From contig NC_134027.1 in NCBI RefSeq assembly GCF_964204645.1, positions 15,160,485 through 15,224,484 on the forward strand: DNA of 64,000 bases, written 5' to 3'. Numbering within the stretch: position 1 is the first letter of the stretch; each line of letters begins with the position of its first letter. Below are positions 37,518-50,521 of the stretch, piece after piece. The notes under the pieces are model-generated. The model was not told the DNA's origin and did not search any database. It was given only the letters and a program-made list of their open reading frames with translations. This stretch comes from Tubulanus polymorphus. Taxonomy: Eukaryota > Animalia > Nemertea. Position numbers and translations under genes: made by a program.

Positions 37518-39567
37518 AGTTCTAGAGGAAGCATCCCATGATCTCATAATGCATTTGAAACCTGTTTCTAGAGGCTTGCAAAATAAGCGAAGTTCTTGAT
37601 TTTCATTCATGAAGCGACGAATACACTGCAGGACATGAAAATTACATAGTTGTACTGATTTAAGATTATTGTCAGATGCTCCTTGCTTTAGACTTGCGTC
37701 TTTATCATGTTGTACAAAAGGACAAAATCTAGATGTTGATGAACATGGCTTGATTCTGAAAAAACCATTGCCATCATTAAATATATAGAATTCAGATGCT
37801 GATTACATTTTTCGTCTGTACGTGGTGTATTGGCTTGAACTAACTGGATGGTAGTGCATGAGTAGCCCCTTCATCACTACTAATGCAGCAGCAATACGTC
37901 CTTCATTTTTGTTGTCTGCAAAAGTTACAAATGAAGTTTTGAATTTCCACGAATTGAAATCATGTTTCACGTCAATACCAATGACAGATTGTCCAAAGTT
38001 GGATAAATGTTCGAGAGAACGAGGATCAGAGAGAATAATGTGATAATTACGTTTGAGTGTGGCATCCCCTCGTTGAAATAAAAGGACAGATTCATAGTTA
38101 CCCTCTAATAATTTTTCAGTATTTCTCAAATCAGAACTTAGAATAGGTATTTCGTCTTGAGATTTTGTATGTAATTTTATCGAAGATTTATCAATATATT
38201 TCAATCTATTTGAAATTTGATCTAGGGTATGGTCATGGCCGGCGACATCACTTACATTTGATACATGAAGGTTATTGTGTCATTGGTGGCAGAAAGAACC
38301 TTCATTGCTGTGGCTTTCATCATGACTCTATTTTCATCCCATCTATCTCTAGTAGATAAATTAGGGCGCTTTTTAATTTGTACAGGAATATTGTCATGAT
38401 ATTGACCATTAAGTGGTTTGCTGAAGATTTTCCACTTGGATAAATCAGTACTAAATAATACAAGTTTCGTTGCCAAATAACACATAAAATGAGGGTGAAT
38501 TAATTTTCTTGGCTCAAACTGCTGCCCTAACTCCACAGGACGATCACGTTTATTCTCCAGCTTATAGTTGTAACAGTTTGAACAAAGTGTTTCACCATCA
38601 GTATTTTTCCTCTATTTGTTAGACATGGTAATGGAGCAATGAACACATTGTTTATCATTTAAAACAACGTCAATTTGACATGAGGGACAATTAGTGATGT
38701 TACTGGACATATTCAACTTTGAAAGATAATTTCCACACGATGATTTACAAACTGAAGACTTTGACGAACATTTTATGAGCATTTCTGCAGCCACAAATTG
38801 AGAAGTATCCTCAACAATTGGCTCAATAAATTCAAATTTATTATCTAATCTATGGATTCGCAAATTCTTTTTAAATGTTGAGGAAGCATCCATTCATCGT
38901 TGTCTGGTTACCAAAAAATGAAGGCCGCACGTTCTTATGAAGACGAACTGTTTTTGTGAAATAAAAATTGAATCTATCGAAATAATAATTTGTGTCAGCA
39001 CCAGTCATTACTTCCCCATTTTCAACCCATTCATCACTAAGTGGATTCTGGTTCTAGATAATGCTTTCCTCTCCTGATGCGATGGGAGATAGTAGTGTTA
39101 GAACCATTAATATGGGAAGTCAATGGTTCAGCTGAATTTATAGTTAATGAGGATTGAGGATTCAAAATTGACGATGTAGATTCAGGTGTAGATTCAATAG
39201 TCAAAATTGGTGCAGATTCACTATTCGAAATCGGTGTAGATTCATTCGTCAAAATTGGTGCAGATTCACTATTCGAAATTGGCGTTGATTCAGGTGTTGA
39301 TTCATTAGTCAAAATTGCTGCAGATTCATTGTTCGAAATTGGTGTAGATTCAGGTTTTGATTCATTATTCAAAATTGGTGTAGATTTAGATTTGGCTGTA
39401 GTTAAGACTGATTTTCTTTTTTATGATTTTCTCGCACACTCGAATTTATTTTCCGACCGTTCAACCTTTGATATGAAACAACTTATTCCCTATTACTCTT
39501 ATAATATTCATAAATATGAATATCAATAACATATAAAATCAATTTTAATAAAAAATTGGATATTAAA

Positions 39568-42500
39568 ATGGAAGCAAATATGAAGTACTACTGTCCAACA
39601 TGTAAAATCAATATAGATAAATCTCAAAAAGCAAGACATAATAAAACTAAATCTCACTAAGAAAATAGATTAAAATTAGAATATAAAGATGATATATTAG
39701 AAAAAAAATTAGAGGAATTGAAGAATGAAAAAGAAACATACAAATGTGATACATTTAATCAATCATTCAGTGAAAAAAGATATTATGAACATTTAAAATC
39801 TAAAAGTCATATTAGAAATATGAATAATGATATTTTAGGTGAAGATTATTCTGATAATGATAATAATGATAAGAAACAGAAGACAATTAAAAGAATAAAA
39901 AATAAATTAAACAATAAAAGACCATACATGGAAGATGTTAGATTATATTAATTCATTAGATAATGAAAAATAAATAGAGATAACCGAAGCATTTAAAAGT
40001 GATATTGGTCCAGCTGCTATCGAGTTGAAATTTCATAAAGGAAAAACATTTAGAAAATATGAAAAAATATTATAAGAATAATTACAGACGTAGAATATCC
40101 TAAAATTAGTATATCTTCTAAAGTTAAATTCTTTAAATCTGAAGATGAACCAATTTATAATATAAATTCTCATTCACAACATATTTCAAAACAGCATATT
40201 GATGAAAAATTAGATAAATGTTTTGATGAAGTAAAAAGTAAAATAGAAGAGAAATATTTTGAAGGATCTGGTTTAATATTTGATGAAATAATATTTATGA
40301 CTTTACATGTGTACGATACGAAATAAAATAAGTTAACTAAATCAAAACCAATAGATGAAAATAATTTATCATATTATAAAGATGATAATATTGATGGATC
40401 AAGTTATGTCAAATTACCATTTAAAACTAATGCTGTTATAAATGTACAAAATGAAGATGATAAATGTTTTCTATATCAAGTTGCTTACATCCAACAGAAG
40501 ATATTACTCATAGTTTTAGATTAACACATTATAAACCATTTGAAAATAATTATAAGATAGATAATTATCCTGTTAGAATTAAAAATATCCCAAAAATAGA
40601 AAGAGATAATAATATAAAGATAAATGTGTTTGATTTAGTCAAATTACCAAAAACAAAAGGTAATAACATTAAACATTTTACATTAGAACCTTTATACCTA
40701 TCAAAAGATTATGATTCAAATGGTGTTATAGATATATTATATTATGAGAATCATTATACGTGGATTAAAAGAATTGATTTATTTTTCAAATCTGAAAATG
40801 ATTTTGATAATAAAATATATATCTATGTAGAAAATGTATAACTAAATTCAGAACCGAAAGTGCATTATTAAATCATAAACAATTATGTGAAAATCATGAT
40901 TATTGTAAAAGAATTTTACCAAATGAAAAGTATAAAGTATTAGAATTCAAAAAAAAATATGATTACAAGAATAAAGTACCATTTGTAATATATGGAGATT
41001 TTGAATCACTAAATAAGGAATTAACTGATCAAGATAGAAAAGAAATATATTATAAAAGAAAGAAATTAAATTCTAATGCAAATGATATAATTGATTATTC
41101 AGATCCTCTAATAACAAATACTATTAAAAAGATTCATCAAAGTGCTGCAGCTTTTGGATTATATATAAAATCTGATTATCCAGAACTAATTAAAAGTGTA
41201 TATTATCATTATAGAAATGAAAATGAAAATGTTATAAATCATTTTTGTGACATCAATTGAGTATGAAATCAAATTTAGTAAACCATTAGATACAAATAAA
41301 GAAATAATTATGACAGAAGAAGATAAAGAAGAATTTTGAGTTGCTGATATCGTGAAAAGATATTTAATCTTAAAGATAAAAAAGTTAGAGACCATGATCA
41401 TTTGAATGGAAAGTTTAGAGGCGCAGCGCATGAGAATTGTAACTTACAAGCTAAGAAATTCAACTTTGTAATATTTCATAGTTTATCAGGATATGATGCA
41501 CATTTATTCATCAAGCAACTGTGCCATAAAATAGAAGAGATCAATAATAATATAGAAGGAGTAAATTCGAATAGATCAAAAGATAAAATACCAACTTATA
41601 AATTTAAAATTTTAGCTAAAACCTCTGAGAATCATATATCTTTCCAATTTGGGTGTCTAAGATTTATAGATTCATATAGATTTTTAAGCAGTTCATTAGA
41701 TAGTTTATCAAAATCATTAGTTGATGATGAATTAAAAATATTAAAGCAACACTATCCAAATAATGATGATTTTCAATTAATGAGATATAAAGGAGCAATC
41801 CCATATTCATTTTTATAAATCGCATAATGATTTCAATATAACTGAATTATTAAAAGAACAATTATATGATGAATTAAAAAATGAATATGTTAAAGATGAA
41901 GTTTATAATAGAACATTGAATATTTGGAATCATTTCAAAATAAAAAATCATGGACAATTAGTAGATTTATATCTAAAATCAGATGTATTATTATTAGCTG
42001 ATATATATAAAAGGTTTAGAGATGTGAATCTAAAATATTTTAATATTGATCCATGTCACTGTTATTCTAGCCCGGGTTTAACTTAGGACTGTGGTTTGAA
42101 ATTTACAGATATAAAAATGGATTTGTTAACAAATATAGATCAATTATTATTATTTAAAAATCTATAAGAGGAGGAGTTTCAGGTGTATTAGGTGATAGAT
42201 ATTTCAATGTAAATAATAATCCTGGATATAAGTTATTATATATAGATGCAAATAATCTTTACGGTTGGGCAATGATGGAACCACAGCCTTATGGAGTATT
42301 TGAAATAACTGAAGTTTTCGCAAATTGATAAATTTGATTGGAAGAAAAGAATTCTAGATATTGCAGATGATTCAGATACTGGTTACTTTTTTGTTGTAGA
42401 TTTAGAATACCCTGAAGATAAAAAATTTAAATCTAGAAATCTAGCGTACTGCCCCGAACATAAAACTGTTACGCATGAAGAATTATCAAATTATAAAAAA

Positions 42501-43213
42501 AGAATTAAACCCGAAAATCATATTCATACTGAAAAGTTAATGGTAACTCAGGAAGATAAATATAATTATGTAGTACATTATCGGATGTTAAAATTCTATT
42601 TGAATCAAGGAATGATTCTCAAAAAAGTGCATAGATATATTTCATTCAGTCAATCTAAATGGTTAGAAAAATATATAGATTTTAACACCGAACAGAGAAC
42701 TAAAGCTAAAACTGACTTTGAGAAAGATTTCTTCGAGTTAATGAATAATGCATTGGTAAGACTTGTGGAAATATTAGTAATGGGAAAAGAGTTAGACATT
42801 TACAAACATATCCTAAATTTATCGGTAACAGAATATTTGATACAAATTTAGCTGCAGTTAAAATGACTTCTATGAAATTCAATAAACCAATTTATGTTGG
42901 AGCAACAGTTTTAGAAATATCAAAACTATTAATGTATGAACTCTATTATAACGTATTACAACCTCATTTTGGAGAAAAGCATATAGAAATCTTATATTTT
43001 GATACTGACAGTTACATATTAACGATTAAAACTAATAATATAACAGATGATTTGAAAACATTAAAACATCATTTTGATTTCAGTAACTATCCAAAAGGTC
43101 ATGAATTGTTTAACAATGATAATAAAAAGGTGCCCGGTAAATTCAAAGATGAATTAGGAGGTGAAGAAATGATTGAATTTATAGGTATTAGATCTAAAAT
43201 GAATCTTAGATGA
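39568..43213 (+). pseudogene. Protein-primed family B DNA polymerase (pPolB) with N-terminal zinc fingers
   Basis: Motifs GSSYVKLP..NAVINVQNEDDKCF; IYGDFESL (ExoI); VRDHDHLNGKFRGAAHENCN; FHSLSGYDAHLFIK (ExoII); RFIDSYRFL; YLKSDVLLLADI (ExoIII); YIDANNLYGWAM; ELMNNA; YFDTDS; KVPGKFKDE. Many stops and frameshifts. Confidence 0.93.
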
Positions 43214-43310
43214 ATACTTAAAATTTAAAAGAGAAGCAACAAAAGAGAATGAGATTATGAAAAGAATTATTACATGTTAATTCAATTTCAATAAAACATA
43301 TGTTATTAAA

Positions 43311-43664
43311 ATGGAGAGTAAACAAGCACACAGTGAGAACAACAAATCATTTCTAGATAGAATAGAATATATCACAAATGCTAAATCTGTAGATTATAAA
43401 TTTAAGAAGTTAACAGAATTAACAATTCATAAGAAATATTTAATTACTTATATTGATACAGTTACTAACAAATATGGAGATAAATTAGTTATCCACTTTG
43501 AATATGAAGGATTAAAAGGTAATAAATATAAATTCAGAACATACTTACCAGATAGATTTCATAGATTATCAAGTGAAGATTTAGAAGAATTATGTTCAGG
43601 TGATTTCTATTTCATATATAAGGGTAAGAATGAAAAAGGGCACCATGAAATAGATTTCGAATAA
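43311..43664 (+). CDS. Small Polinton protein, possibly an OB-fold ssDNA-binding protein
   Basis: Intact 117-aa ORF directly after pPolB, with a beta-rich pattern FKKLTEL...Y.I...TNKYGDKLVI...YLPDRF. Function is inferred only. Confidence 0.5.
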   Translation: MESKQAHSENNKSFLDRIEYITNAKSVDYKFKKLTELTIHKKYLITYIDTVTNKYGDKLVIHFEYEGLKGNKYKFRTYLPDRFHRLSSEDLEELCSGDFYFIYKGKNEKGHHEIDFE

Positions 43665-43678
43665 AATATGTAAAATAA

Positions 43679-44420
43679 ATGGTAGAATTAAAAGAATATA
43701 GAATATTTGTTGATTCGAGAAGAATTACAAATTATAAATCACATAGTTTACTAGTACAATTAGATAGAGAATTCAAAAACTGTGTAGATTTAAAATTAGT
43801 AAATATTAGTTTATGTAATTCCTTTTTCAATATATCGGATAAATCTGTTGAACATATAGTCTTTTTAATTCATATTAGAAATATAAATAAATGGTTTCAT
43901 CTATTTTTAAAACCAGGATTATATGATTTAGAAACATTAGCCCAAGAAATTAATCGGAGAGCATGATTAAAAATTAGAAAGGAAGATAAATTTTCAATTA
44001 GATTCATAAAAAGTGATAGTTCTGATAAAATTGAAATAAAGTTAGATGTTGAAAGCAAACATGCATTTTTAGTATAAAAAACCAATAGCTAAATTGTTAG
44101 GAATTAAACGAGATACTGTTACAGGAAACGTAGACGGTAATTCAAATTTAATGCCTTTAACACACTTTTATATTTATTGCTGTTTAATTGATCCTACAAA
44201 AACATTTGAAGCAACTAAAGATACAATTTGTAATTCTAGTATATTAAATATTTTACCACTGAAAATGTTAAAAACAATTTGGAATACAAATAAATTATAA
44301 TTTAGCTGAGTGTGATTTCAAACCATGCATTCCACATTTTAATAATTTTAAATTAGAAATAAGAAATCATAATGGCTATTTAATTGATTTGAATAACTTT
44401 CCTTTAAGATGTACAGAATT
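43679..44420 (+). pseudogene. Minor capsid (penton-like) protein
   Basis: IFVDSR...QLDREFKN...LKLVNISLCNSFFNIS...GLYD, then FYIYC...SILNILPL...LEIRNHNGYLIDLNNFP, a pattern typical of Polinton/PLV single jelly-roll minor capsid proteins. Interrupted by stops. Confidence 0.6.
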
Positions 44421-44456
44421 ACATAAGATGTAAAGAATAATTTTTTCACTATATAA

Positions 44457-45920
44457 ATGAATATAACTGTTGGACCGAGTATATGTTATGGGTTTGATTC
44501 TAAACGTGAGAAAGAAATGAGAATTAAACTAAATGATGTAATTACTGATATTAAACGTAAATCATTTAATAATGCATCAATGATTAATAAAGAAAATTAT
44601 AATATAGAAAAAGTAATTGATTTAATTAAAACATCTTTAGGATATTATGAATTAAATGAAGATGGAATTATCGATGATGTTAAAAACATATTATCTAAAA
44701 TATATAATAATCATAAAAGAAGTAATGAAATAAATGTTGAAATAATTATCACTAAGACAACTAAATATTTTGAAGCTGTTAATTTTTTGATTAATAAATG
44801 AGTGATAATAAGTGGATAATAACTGGATTATATAATGGTGCCTTACTACTATCAGTTGGAACTGTTGGTTATTCAATGGTATTAAAAAAAGTATTCAAAA
44901 TGGGAAGTGTTAATGTTGATAGATTTGATATAAATGATATCTTGAAATTAACGTTAGCAGTTATTTTATCTAATTTTACTATTGATTATTTAGAAAAACA
45001 AAAATATATTCCTCGTATATAAATGCGTAATTTTTTTACTAAATAAATGGCATTTGCAATTATAACTATTAGAGGATCGGCAATTGTTAACGCTTTAGCA
45101 TTTACTGGTGGTGGTTATTTAAACATATTGACAAAAATGGATCATTAACTGAACAAAGAAACATAATTCAGCGTTAGAAAAATTGAATAAAGCAGCAGAA
45201 GAATATAGAGAAAAAAGACAAAATGATATGGATTATATTAATAAAGAATTATATAATCAGAAAATAACACATAGAGATTTTCAATCAGTTGTTGATACAA
45301 TGAGTTTATATAACGCAGTAACAAAATTACATCTATATAAACCTAAATTTTCAGATTATTATACCCCAAGTACTGAACGGAAGAAATATGAAATAATTTG
45401 GATTTTAGGTGGAACTGTTATTGTTATATTTGTAGCATATAAATTTACTAATTAGTAATTTTTTTGCTAAATAAATGGATGATAAAGTTGATGGTGTTTA
45501 TATTATTCCTCATGATATAAATAAAACTAAATTAAAAACATATTTAGAAAAACAAATATTATAATTTGAAAATGTCTTAAAGATAAAAAAGAAAAAATAT
45601 TTAAAAAGCAAAATGATATATTATTTTATTATCAGTGGTTCTGTTACAATTAGTTCTGTTTTCTAGCATTATTCTCACCATTAACACCTTTAGCTATCTC
45701 AGCTTTAGATCTCAATTTAGCTATCTCAGCTTTAGGTTTAAGTTCAAGTGCATTAACCGGCATAAGTTCAAAATTAAATATAAAAAGTTATTTAAAAAAT
45801 AAAATCTAATATAAAAGAAATTAATGAATTGAAAAGTACGCTAGATTATATTATAAGTTTAAATGCTGATATAACAGTTGAAAAGCAAGATAAATTATTA
45901 AAAGAATTAATAAATTATTA
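44457..45920 (+). other. Cluster of four small Polinton ORFs, three with hydrophobic helices (partly frameshifted)
   Basis: ATGs at 44457, 44798, 45047 and 45475, each preceded by ATAA. Hydrophobic segments include GALLLSVGTVGYSMVL, AIVNALAFTGGG and IIWILGGTVIVIFV. Confidence 0.6.
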
Positions 45921-46595
45921 ATTTTTTTATCATATAAATGGTAAATAGTTTTCCAAAAGCTTTTCAATATAATAAATCAATTAAATATAATTTTCCAGCA
46001 ATAGATTTTAATAAAGATAGTTTTAAATTCATTAATTAATTGAGATATCCAGTTACTGAACTAATAATTTTAATGCAAAGATGGAAAATACATTCAATAT
46101 TTACGTTATTAATTTAAAAAATTTAAATGAGGCGAAACAATGGTTATTAAAATCTAATATGAAGTATTGGCAGAACCAATTAAATTTTGCAGTTTATTGT
46201 GCAACAACAGGGTGTGGTATAAAGTTGGAATGATCATTTAAATAAACCAAGTTTACCATCAATATTATCACTTTTTAGATTTCATACATATTTTCAAATA
46301 AAATTAATATTAGATGAATTAGAATGCCCTTTACCAGGTCCAAAATATTTTAATGAACTAAATTATAATATTAAAGGACACCTGAACACTTTTCACAAAA
46401 ATATGATATTTTTTCATTTATATGTAGAAAAACATCCATATTTTTCATATTCCCTGGTAAAAATAAAATACGTGGCGAAATTACCAAAGAAAATTAACTT
46501 TTGTGATCATTCCGATGTTTTCGTTTACATTCGGTTACTACGGAGCACCTGTTTAAACAGTGTGACGTCACCGCCGGAAGTGCTTGTAAACGATC

Positions 46596-47677
46596 ATGGC
46601 GGACAATACAGAAAACAGTGGGTCAGACGATTCCCCTTCCGCAAGCGAATGTTATGAAAATGTTAGTGAAAGAGAACACTCAGATGAAAGTGTGCTATCG
46701 TCTGAATCTGAGGCAGGCGATATTCAAGTGTTGAATGGTGCTGAACCGCCATATTTGTATGAACCCGATGTATCCGATGATGACGATGCCGGCGACAAGC
46801 CTGACAATAGACACGATAGAATGTTTAGATTAGATGTTCAACGGTTCGATGAATGGTAAGGGATTTCCATTGTGTTTAACAAAAAAAAACGGGGCGGGAT
46901 TCATTCTAAAAATCTATATAGCTTAGGCTACCGGGTAAAAGTGCAGATCCGCACCTCTCCGCGTAAACGGTTCAATCAATTACATTAAATATCACTGTTT
47001 CAGATTTAAAACGTCATCAGCAATTCAATACATTGCCATTGGTTAATTTTAAATCTTCACTAGAAAGATTTTAGCCTAGATTCTGTCATTCAGTAGATTG
47101 CGTCAATCACGAGAGGTGCGGATCTGCACTTTTACCGGCTACCAAATTTATTAATCACCTCGTTAAAAATCGATTTGTTGTAGGCAACAACTAGCTGCAA
47201 TGCTTTAAAATCGGGATCTTTCTTGAAATTTAAGATAGATTTGTCTATTTTTACAGGTGCACCTGTACGTATTGTCAAATACTTGACGCTGAACCTGAGT
47301 GTGTATGCTGCAAGGAGATAGGTGTAGTCGCTGGAAAAATACAAAAATTCGAGGGACTAGATGCTCAGCGTTATACGTGTATCACCGACACAGGGTCATT
47401 TAATGCGGTCTGCCTTCATGTTGCGGTCCTTCAAACAGCCTGGTATGCGTATCGGAGTCAGTATGGCAGCAAAACATTCGAAGGAACAGAAAATGATAAA
47501 TTTAGACATATTGCTTATCGCCAGTTTGTTCGTTGGTGCTGGGGTTTTTGCGGGCCGAAAATCAGAGTTATTTTACCATCTTGTGTCGTGTCATGCATCC
47601 GGGCTCACTTTCCCGAAGATGGTGATGAAGAATTCGCCGTATATAAAGGTTTCAGACTGCCACCACTAGACGATTAA
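46596..47677 (+). CDS. KolX-like accessory protein (P2X7 C-terminal/ballast-like Cys-rich domain), two exons: 46596-46855 and 47257-47677
   Basis: GT donor at 46856 and AG acceptor at 47255-56. The spliced product is open: WCTCTYC...ECVCCKEI...CIT...FNAVCL...FRHIAYRQFVRWCWGFCG...RVILPSCVVSCIRAHFP...YKGF. Confidence 0.88.
46931..47139. mobile_element. MITE in the KolX intron
   Basis: TIR ggtaaaagtgcagatccgcacctctc at both ends; TA (or CTA) flanks. Confidence 0.75.
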
Positions 47678-48593
47678 TTGATGATAAAGATTCACGCATA
47701 TCGTACAGAATATAACCAATTTTTATTAAATTACATGAAATATAAATCTTTTCTGAAATTACTAATCTTTTTCAATTATTGTTTGCCTGTCGATTTAGGT
47801 TGCTCGGGTTACACATAAACAAATAATTTCTGTTACATGTAATTCCTTGAAACGTTTCATCAATTAAAAATATGTAAAAACTTATGTTCAGTAAATACGT
47901 AGCAAATTATAACAAATTCTTTAGGAATCAAAATTTTAATTGCTTGCTTATTAAAGGTTCAGTAAGTTTCATTCCTTTGATAAGGTGAATTATTGAGACA
48001 CATACACTGACATAAACATAAACAAGTGAAAACGTATAAATAAGTACACATGTAGAACCACTCCCACCTCCCTGGTATTACTGTCCATATTACTATTCTG
48101 TTCCATTACTGTGTTGAGCAAAGGACATCTTGAATCACCTGCTCCAAGTTAAAGGTGTCTGTAGTTTGCTTTTGTTTCTTTGGTGGGTTCATGGTACGTG
48201 AAGTAGAACTAACTGCTGGATGATACTGCGCAAATTCTACTTTATCTGTTATTTTTCTGAACCTTGATTGGTGTGCTGCAATCGCATCGTGCTTATTGGT
48301 CTTGGTCTTGCCATGTGAAAGGACTGGTGGGAACACATGTTTCTCGGATTTATTTTCCTTTAAATTTGCAAATACTGATCCAAGACACAAGTCAACATAA
48401 TCTGAAAGACGAAAAAAATTAAAGATTGCTTAAACAATCTATGTTTATAGACTCATCCGATTAATATCTTTTCTATACCTATGGGTCTATATACCTATAG
48501 AAACCCAATGAAATAGCTTATATATATTGTTGGGATTGGAACCCGAGCTATATATTTACTTGACTTAACTACAGAATTAAAAATCATTTGTTA

Positions 48594-48785
48594 GGCTAAA
48601 AAATGATACCTCGTTTCTCCATCTGTTGAGCGATCTAACCTGTACCTAACTTTCTTTTTTTTCAAAATCATGATCATGCTAACAATAACAGACCCGGCAG
48701 CTAGAGAAATGAACTGATTACAAATTTTTTCATATTTTACAAAAATGACCGGCCGCTGCAGAGAAACAAGGTATCATTTTTAGCC
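48594..48785. mobile_element. MITE with TTA TSD (PIF/Harbinger-like) in a Kolobok intron
   Basis: TIR ggctaaaaa(a)tgatacct(c/t)gtttctc; tta at 48591-93 and 48786-88. Confidence 0.75.
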
Positions 48786-49336
48786 TTAGACAAATTTTAT
48801 GACCAAGGTAAAAAATACATACCGTCAGTGGCATTTGTCAGTACTTTTCTTACAACATGCCTTTCTTTGTACTTCGGATAAAATAATTTGTAACGCTTCT
48901 GGCCTTCTTTAGTAACCGCTTGTGCCCGTTCACTGTTTTCATTGTAGTGCATAATTGCAACGTATAACCTAAAATTTAGTTAAAAAGAAAATTTCATAAA
49001 CTACCTTCAGGATTTCATGGTGGTTGAAATTTTAGTTTGATTTTATTGAGATCAATTTCTTATTTCATCAGTACCTTTATTTCAAAAAATTATGGTTATA
49101 GTTTCTTACCTACTTAACATTCCCGTGTACGAAAAGTGGATCATTTTGGGGGCGAAATGGTTGATTATCTTATGGAAGCACTCAATGTTACTCGTTTGCC
49201 CATAAGATGACATGCTCTTTATCTGATTTAAGACTCTAGTTTTGAGTGCAAGTTCCTCAAATTCTGCAGCTGCTGGAGTTCCTGCCAAAAATACAATTCT
49301 AAATCCATGGTTGTATACTCTATTGGCAAGAGATAT

Positions 49337-50521
49337 AACAAGAAAATTAATTTTAGAAAATTATTTGACGCCTGCGAAAAAAATGTATAATTTCTTGGCT
49401 AAGCTAATGTGGAATTGCAAATTTGAAATCGAAGTTTTAAGAAATTTGGGGAATGATGAGATTTGGCGATTGGGTAGATGATACAGCGGGTCTTCGACTC
49501 TAGTAGTGGTTTAAATTTTTTTATTGAAAATTCTCAATAATTGATCGCGAACTTGCGACCGACTTCATTTACTTATGCCTCTAAGCTGGTCTGCAACTTC
49601 ATTGCCTCCATGGTTGAAGAACGAGCTCTTCTGATGTCTGCTTCATCATGACTTCGAGCATATCGTGTGGCCTAGCCAGCCGGCCCGGGCCACGGGTTTG
49701 GCTGTCACTCGATATCCTAGAGTCTTGAGTCTGGGTGGGTTGAAGTAGACATTGTCATTTAAAATAACATGCTTATGTTGTTCTGTATGAATTACCCGTG
49801 TGTCATGTATGTTGTATTAATTTATTTTAAAATTTGTATTTATTGAATTTGGGAATTTTATCCCGAAATTTCAATGTAATAAGGATCAATAAAGAATTGA
49901 ATTGAATTGTCAGCTAATACACATGCCATCAGAGGACGCGGAGCCGTATATGATAGCTATGCTATTGTAAATTGCTAATCTCACGAAACCTGCATACTCC
50001 TAATATCAAACATATTTTCTAAAACGTTTGAATATTGAAATTATATGTTTACACATTTTCATATTGACCGCTTGTAGCTGCTGATGAAATTCACGCCGGC
50101 CCTATACACATCGTAGATAGCTTCGTCATTCCACCGGCATGCCCACGTCAGGGTCTGACTTTTATATCAGACTTCCAAATCGTGTATACATCCGCCATTT
50201 AACCGAATAATCCGTTTTACTTATCCTTTTTATTTATGCCTGCCGCTTCTGATATAATCATACATCCTTTACTATTACAATACGTCTTCTAATGATATTC
50301 AATGCAATATAACATTTCGACGTTCAAATATAGGTCATTATATAATCACAGGAAGCCATTCTACATCTATGTCAATAATATTTTGCCAGATAGCTTGTTT
50401 GTGTACACATAGACCTGTGACGTTTTGCACATAGATTTACGGCTGTCGTTTGTAAAATGACGCTGAATGGTTAACATTGTTTAGGTTTCATAATGGTAAC
50501 GTTTTATAAGGCGTCAAAAAA
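49337..50521 (-). mobile_element. Helentron-associated element, copy 2, in a Kolobok intron
   Basis: Reverse complement of 23984-25154 with scattered substitutions and small indels; same ends. Confidence 0.75.

Larger units (their letters stand above)
32134..39500 (-). pseudogene. Large decayed Mutator/MULE-like transposase gene with SWIM and PHD fingers
   Basis: Motifs in order on the minus strand: N-terminal ESTPISNSESAPILTN repeats; a Cys-rich region; GIDVKHDFN..F...F.DN..EGRIAA (first D); VQHDKDAS (second D); QLCNFHVLQ (CxxH); YLKKNWF...W...TDNITE (E); SWIM CTCEAF...CKHL; and PHD CPVC...CDNFHRWYHWKC...WFCFHC. Interrupted by the 34515-37517 element. Confidence 0.72.

Noticed and set aside
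23984-50521. The 1.17-kb inverted pair as TIRs of one giant 26-kb element
   Set aside because: The right copy lies inside a Kolobok intron bounded by an intact TTAA TSD, and each copy has its own Helentron-type ends.
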